DNA of 64,000 nt from assembly GCA_963718225.1 (NCBI GenBank), contig CAVQYN010000031.1, forward strand, positions 50,304-114,303, read 5' to 3'. The notes under the pieces are model-generated. The model did no database searches. It saw only the letters and a program-made list of their open reading frames with translations, and was not told where the DNA came from. Positions 59,475-64,000 of this stretch are shown here, one piece after another. The position numbers and the translations under genes were made by a program. Positions within the stretch are counted from its first letter, which is position 1; each line of letters starts with the position of its first letter. This DNA is from an uncultured Chloroflexia bacterium (lineage in GTDB: Bacteria; Chloroflexota; Anaerolineae; UBA4142).

Positions 59475-59714
59475 GTGAAACCTGGAATTCATCCCAATTG
59501 GTATCCCGATGCCGTCGTCACGTGCGCCTGCGGCAATTCCTGGAAAACCGGCTCGACCAAAAAAGAAATTCACATCGATGTGTGCAACAAGTGTCATCCA
59601 TTTTTCACGGGTGAACAACGCATCGTCGACACGGCAGGTCAAGTCGAGCGCTTTATGAAGCGCATGAGCGCCAAAGACACACATCGCCGCGACGCAACCC
59701 GCGCCGGAAGATAA
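59475..59714 (+). CDS. rpmE: 50S ribosomal protein L31
   Basis: GTG start; KPGIHPNWY...CACGN...[22 protein letters not shown]. Confidence 0.85.
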   Translation: MKPGIHPNWYPDAVVTCACGNSWKTGSTKKEIHIDVCNKCHPFFTGEQRIVDTAGQVERFMKRMSAKDTHRRDATRAGR

Positions 59715-59796
59715 AAAGGCGAAGAAAGAAAAACGCCGCGAGCACAAGCCGGTCGCGCCCGTCGTTGCTGAACCGGTTGCCCAAGCACCGGTTGAA

Positions 59797-60420
59797 TTGC
59801 CGGTAGCGGAAGTCGTCGAAGCAAAACCGGTCGCGCCGAAATTTGAAGCACCGAAAGCTGAAACACCAAAGTTCGAAGCGCCGATGCCGGTGGTCAAGCC
59901 AGAACCGGTGGCGCGAATCGAACCCAAGCAGGTTGCTGTTGAATTGCCGGTGGTCGAAGAAAAACCGGTCGTCGTCGAACAGCCCAAGCCGGTCGCCAAA
60001 GTCGAGCTTGTGCCGGACAATTTGGAAATCATCGAAGGCATTGGACCCAAAATCGCCAGCGTGTTGAAGGACGCCGGAATTGCCACGTTCCGCCAATTGG
60101 CGAACGCCTCACCGGATCGGTTGAACGCGATTTTGGATGAAGCTAAACTCAATTTGGCAGACCCAGCCACATGGGCACAACAAGCGCAACTTGCCGCCGA
60201 CGGCAAGATGGACGAGTTGAAGCAATTGCAGGATGAACTCGTCGCCGGGCGCGAAGCCAAGCCCGCCGCGAAAAAGACTGCGGCAAAAAAACCGGTCGCG
60301 AAAAAACCCGCCGCCAAGAAACCGGCAGCAAAAAAGCCAGCCGCGAAAAAACCGGCAGTGAAGAAAGCCGCACCAGCCAAAGCCAAAACTGGCGCGACGA
60401 AGAAATCGACAAAAAAGTAG
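59797..60420 (+). CDS. helix-hairpin-helix domain protein with Lys/Ala/Pro-rich histone-H1-like tail
   Basis: LEIIEGIGPKIASVLKDAGIATFRQLA (HhH), then (PAAKK)n. The TTG start is uncertain because the frame is open upstream to about 59670. Confidence 0.6.
   Translation: MPVAEVVEAKPVAPKFEAPKAETPKFEAPMPVVKPEPVARIEPKQVAVELPVVEEKPVVVEQPKPVAKVELVPDNLEIIEGIGPKIASVLKDAGIATFRQLANASPDRLNAILDEAKLNLADPATWAQQAQLAADGKMDELKQLQDELVAGREAKPAAKKTAAKKPVAKKPAAKKPAAKKPAAKKPAVKKAAPAKAKTGATKKSTKK
60262..60366. repeat. 15-nt tandem repeats (7 copies) encoding PAAKK
   Basis: CCGGCAGCAAAAAAG-like units head to tail. Confidence 0.8.
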
Positions 60421-60425
60421 GATCC

Positions 60426-60455
60426 AAAGAGACAGAGCAACCCTCTGTCTCTTTT
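60426..60455 (+). terminator. intrinsic terminator
   Basis: AAAGAGACAGAG-CAACC-CTCTGTCTCTTT followed by T. Confidence 0.8.
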
Positions 60456-60555
60456 CATATTGGGCATTATCGGATATACTCTCGCCAAGACGCACAAATA
60501 TGCTCTTGGCTTCGGCTTGGCATCTTTGCGAGAGGAAAAGTTGTTGGAGGTGTTT

Positions 60556-61161
60556 ATGAATGATGCCGCTCGTGAACGCGAACGCGCCAAAGGTCACATC
60601 GAAATGATTTGCGGCTCGATGTTCTCCGGCAAAACCGAAGAACTCATTCGCCGCATTCGCCGCGCGGAAATCGCCAAACAACACGTCCAGGTTTTTTCGC
60701 ATCGCCTCGATACCCGCTACGGCGAAAGCAAGGTCGCATCGCACAGCGGCACCGATTGGCACGCGATTCCGGTTCAGCGGGCGGAACAGATTCTTGAAAA
60801 GCTCGATGCGCGCGCGACTGTCATCGCCATCGATGAAGTGCAATTCTTCGATTGGAAAATCGCCGAGGTTGCAAATCAATTAGCAGATCGCGGCGTTCGC
60901 GTCATCGTCGCCGGGCTTGATACTGATTTTCGCGGCGAGCCGTTTGGACCGATGCCGTTGCTCATGGCGCAAGCCGAACAGATCGATAAGCTTACCGCGA
61001 TTTGCGTAGTCTGCGGCGCGCCGGCATCGCGCACGCAACGCTTGATCAATGGTAAGCCTGCCAAGTACGATGACCCGGTGATTATGGTGGGCGCGAGCGA
61101 AGTGTACGAAGCGCGCTGTCGCCATTGCCACGAGGTTCCCGGGCGCGACGCGCGCAAGTAA
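60556..61161 (+). CDS. tdk: thymidine kinase
   Basis: [22 protein letters not shown]-terminal Zn site CVVCG...CRHCH. Confidence 0.9.
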   Translation: MNDAARERERAKGHIEMICGSMFSGKTEELIRRIRRAEIAKQHVQVFSHRLDTRYGESKVASHSGTDWHAIPVQRAEQILEKLDARATVIAIDEVQFFDWKIAEVANQLADRGVRVIVAGLDTDFRGEPFGPMPLLMAQAEQIDKLTAICVVCGAPASRTQRLINGKPAKYDDPVIMVGASEVYEARCRHCHEVPGRDARK

Positions 61162-61865
61162 AATGGCTTTGCAAAAAAATTTATCGCGCCGAGCTGTACA
61201 CGTTAGTGGCGTACATTGTCCTCGCGTTTGTGCTAACCTATCCTCTGATTCTGAATTTCGCCACGCACGTCCCCGGCGATGGCAGTGATGATCCCGCACT
61301 CGCGTGGAATTTGTGGTGGGTTCCATATTCGATCATCAACCTAGGGCAAAGCCCGATTTACACCAATTACATGTTCTACCCCATTGGGTTGAACCTCGCA
61401 TTCTACACCCTCACCTACCTCAACGCATTCCTCTCGATTCCATTTCAGTCCGCGCTCAACGTCGTCGCCGCGGCGAATGTGAATGTGTGGTTATCGTTCG
61501 CGCTGAGCGGGTTTGGCGGATTTCTACTTGCCAAGTATTTGCTCAGATCGCAGAAAAGCGAATTGCAAATTACAAATTACGCGGCGTTTGCGTGCGGCGC
61601 GGTGTATGCGTTTTCATCAAACAAGTTTCTCTATGCATCGCTTGGACAATTCAACATCGCGTCATCACATTGGATTCCGTTTTACGTTTTGTTTTTACTG
61701 AAACTGACCGATGACCGGCGACCCACGACCAATGGGCGCGAGACAATCAAACTTGGATTTGTGCTTGGGCTCTTTTTGCTTTTCCAAGCGCTGAGCGAAT
61801 TTATCTTTGCCTCGTTCCTGATTATTTTCACCGCAATCTATCTCGATCTATTGGCTCATCAAAAA

Positions 61866-61908
61866 TCGCTTCCGCCCTCCGTCTTTAGACCTCCGTCTTT
61901 CGTCTTTC
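61866..61908. repeat. heptad-periodic tract (complement of the GACGGAR family) inside the membrane-protein gene
   Basis: CTCCGTC TTTAGAC CTCCGTC TTTCGTC TTTCGTC; one of the frame changes falls at its 3' edge. Confidence 0.6.
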
Positions 61909-62404
61909 GTCATCGCCGCGCTCACCTTCACCCTCCCCATGTTGCCTATTCTCGCCGCGATGATTCAAGATATGCTGACCGAAGGCGATTTTATTCAGAG
62001 CGGCTTGGGCTTTGCCGATGTTTTTTCAAGCGACGTGTTTGGTTTTTTTGTACCGACCCACTTGCACCCAATTTTCGGCAATCTCGAATCACAATTCCAT
62101 TTCGCGTACATCAACTTTGCGTACCTGGGTTTCGCTGTGCTTGCGCTCGCGCTCATCGCGATTGTTTTCGTGCCGCGCGCGCGCATTTGGGGAATCTTCG
62201 CTCTCATCTTCATTGCGATTTCGCTTGGTCCCGATCTCAGCGTCAACGGCACGCGGTATGACTTGCAAATGCCGTTCGATCTCTTGCTCGAAATTCCATT
62301 TGTTAAAGGCAATCGCTATCCCAGTCGTTGGAGCGTGATGGTAACGCTGGCGCTGGCAGTTCTGGTTGGCTACGCGCTCGCGTGGTTATTGAACAGAATA
62401 AGCC

Positions 62405-62463
62405 ATTGGCAGAATGCAAGTGGCAGAAAAATTTTGCCTACTACCTACTGCTTACTGCTGGCT
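62405..62463. repeat. hairpin element of the CAGT/ACTG heptad family inside the membrane-protein gene
   Basis: ATTGGCAGAATGCAAGTGGCAGAAAAA / TTTTGCCTACTACCTACTGCTTACTGCTGGC. Confidence 0.5.
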
Positions 62464-64000
62464 GTCTTGCTATTCGAGCATATAAGCGTCCCGCTTCCAA
62501 TTTCTAATTTGCAAATTCCAGACATCTATCAAACCATCGCTCGCGAGCCCGGCGATTTTACCGTTCTCGAAATTCCGCTTGCGTGGCGCAACGGCTTTCG
62601 CATGACCGGCACACTCGACCAAGCGATGATGTTCGCGCAGTTTTATCAAACTGCGCACCGCCATCCGGTTCTTGGCGGCAACACGTCGCGCAATCCGGAA
62701 TTGAAATTTCAGTATTTCACCGAGGCACCACTCATTAACTCGCTCATCGCCCTTGAAACCGGGCATAAACTCGACGACGCCGCGATTGCGCGCGACCGCC
62801 AACTTGCGCCCGATGTATTGCGTTTCTTCGGCGTGCGATACATCGTTTGGCATTCGCCGCGCAATCCGCTCAATCGCGCCGCGCTCGACGCCGCGCGCGC
62901 GTACGCGCAATTCGTTTTGCCGGTGACAAAAATCTCCGAGACCAGCGACGACACCGGCGAGACCGTCGCGTTTCGCGTGAACGATTTGCCGCCACTCAAC
63001 CAAACGCTGATTCGCCCGGACGATTTGCTGGCGCGATTAAATTTCGGCGAAGGTTGGGGCACATTGGGCGGGAAAAATGTCTGGGCGACGCGACGCGAGG
63101 CACGAATGTTCGTTCGTGTCGATTCGCCGCGCGACGCGACATTTTCGTTCCGTGCGTTCGCACCGATGGACAATCAACGTGTCGCGTTGGAAATTAACGG
63201 ACACGTGGCAGGGACACTGACACTGCAAGCAGGTTGGAGCACGTATACCTTAAACCTGAAACGTGAAACCTTAAACTTGGGAATGAACGAAATCGTTTGG
63301 CGATTTGATACGCTCGCGCCGGTTGCGTCCATGGGTGTCGGCGAGTTTTCGATTGCCAACACCTGGCATCGCATCAATCGTCGCGTACAGTGCAGCGAGC
63401 GAAGTCGGCGATTTCGCGCACATCTATTTCAACGGTGTCGATGTATCGCAAAATCAGCGCGGCTATAACCTCGTCGTGATTGACCCGGCCACGCGAAAGG
63501 TCGATGCGAGCGTCGCGTTCGACACATTCGCGTCAACGGAAGAATCGGCGCGGCTCGCGGAATTCATCGACAAAATTCCGGCGGGGAAACTCGTTGCAGT
63601 CGCTGTGCGTGACGAAGCATCGCGGAATTTGACCGACACTGCCGTGCAAGCGTTGCAATCGATTGGCGCGCAAGAAAATTTGCGTGGCAAGTGGCGTTGG
63701 TCGCACGCGCTCATCGGACTCAAAGGCGCGCAAATCGGAAGCGTGCCGGAAGCCGCAAATGAAATCGCGCCAGCCCAGGTGGTGCTAGGCATTGGCGCGA
63801 TGGAACCGAACGCGGCGGCGGCAATCGAGTGGATCAAGATCGAATAGAAGCTGCTTTGAGCAAATCTTCGATCAATTCCAATAACACATTGTCCGGCACA
63901 CTCGCGGATTTTTGGCGATAGGTTACAATTCCTAATTCATTAAGGTGTCCGCTGATTTCCTGTGGGCTTTCGACCGTGAACACGGCAATCCTCTCCGAAC

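Larger units (their letters stand above)
61163..63847 (+). pseudogene. large polytopic membrane protein with C-terminal ILEI/FAM3-like domain, at least 3 frameshifts
   Basis: ATG 61163, then an A7 run (61173-61179) shifts the frame. Many TM helices follow. Further frame changes lie near 61905 and 63364. The C-terminus GDFAHIYFNGVDVS.N.RGYNLVVIDP...FDT resembles the ILEI domain (from memory). Confidence 0.6.

Noticed and set aside
59475-60420. L31 fused to the downstream HhH/PAAKK protein
   Set aside because: L31 ends at a normal length in its own frame. The downstream frame differs, and joining them would require yet another assumed indel.
63244-63278. TATACCT TAAACCT GAAACGT GAAACCT TAAACTT tract as an independent in-gene insertion
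   Set aside because: It is one-armed, and the encoded YTLNLKRETLNL fits the surrounding beta-strand-like sequence. I mention it only as a family relative, not as a proven insertion.
63834-64000. Minus-strand frame open across the window edge (...VFTVESPQEISGHLNELGIVTYRQKSASVPDNVLLELIEDLLKAASIRS*)
   Set aside because: Edge-truncated at about 55 codons, with no family recognised. It also overlaps the end of the plus-strand gene. It is plausible but not supportable from this window alone.

Overview
This is a chromosomal, moderately GC-rich bacterial window using the standard genetic code; TGA, TAA and TAG all occur as genuine stops.

Gene content is mostly housekeeping:
- PHP phosphoesterase, PSP1 protein and holB
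- HlyD-type adaptor, a secreted propeller-lipase fusion, an ABC-2 exporter and a ThyX-like gene
- a T-box(Trp)-controlled trpS-trpB2-ParB/Srx operon
- an LPXTG repeat protein
- a tightly coupled 7-8 gene membrane/ASKHA (GlmL-like) operon split by an IS200/IS605 element (tnpA/tnpB)
- a zinc-ribbon/MerR protein
- a second T-box in front of DUF952 + MFS, then pheST, mutS2, ssb and secG
- a family-5 substrate-binding protein, tRNA-Leu(CAG), rplS and rnhB
- an envelope-polysaccharide block: priming sugar transferase, two GT2, PGM/PMM, glmM, gmd, an Rmd-like reductase and a polyprenyl synthase
- tldD/pmbA, ftsH, an RCK channel, Nudix, trmD, rplU-rpmA-rpmE, tdk
- a large membrane protein with an ILEI-like C-terminal domain

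The T-box leaders, LPXTG signal and TrpB2 suggest a Chloroflexota- or Gram-positive-like lineage. This is inference only.

Two oddities run through the window.
1. There are roughly 40 single-base frame disruptions, concentrated at 28.7-33.8 kb and 49.9-56.7 kb. They hit essential genes (pheT x8, glmM at least 5, ssb, mutS2). Indel errors are the simplest explanation. Affected genes are typed 'pseudogene' because that is what the sequence literally shows.
2. There are several families of short hairpin elements built from 7-nt periodic units (STRR-like). They lie in gene spacers, overlap stop codons, and appear to be inserted in frame in pheT and mutS2.

I saw no CRISPR array, rRNA or recognisable defence system. 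Frameshift positions and regulatory sites are by-eye estimates, and nothing was searched against databases.
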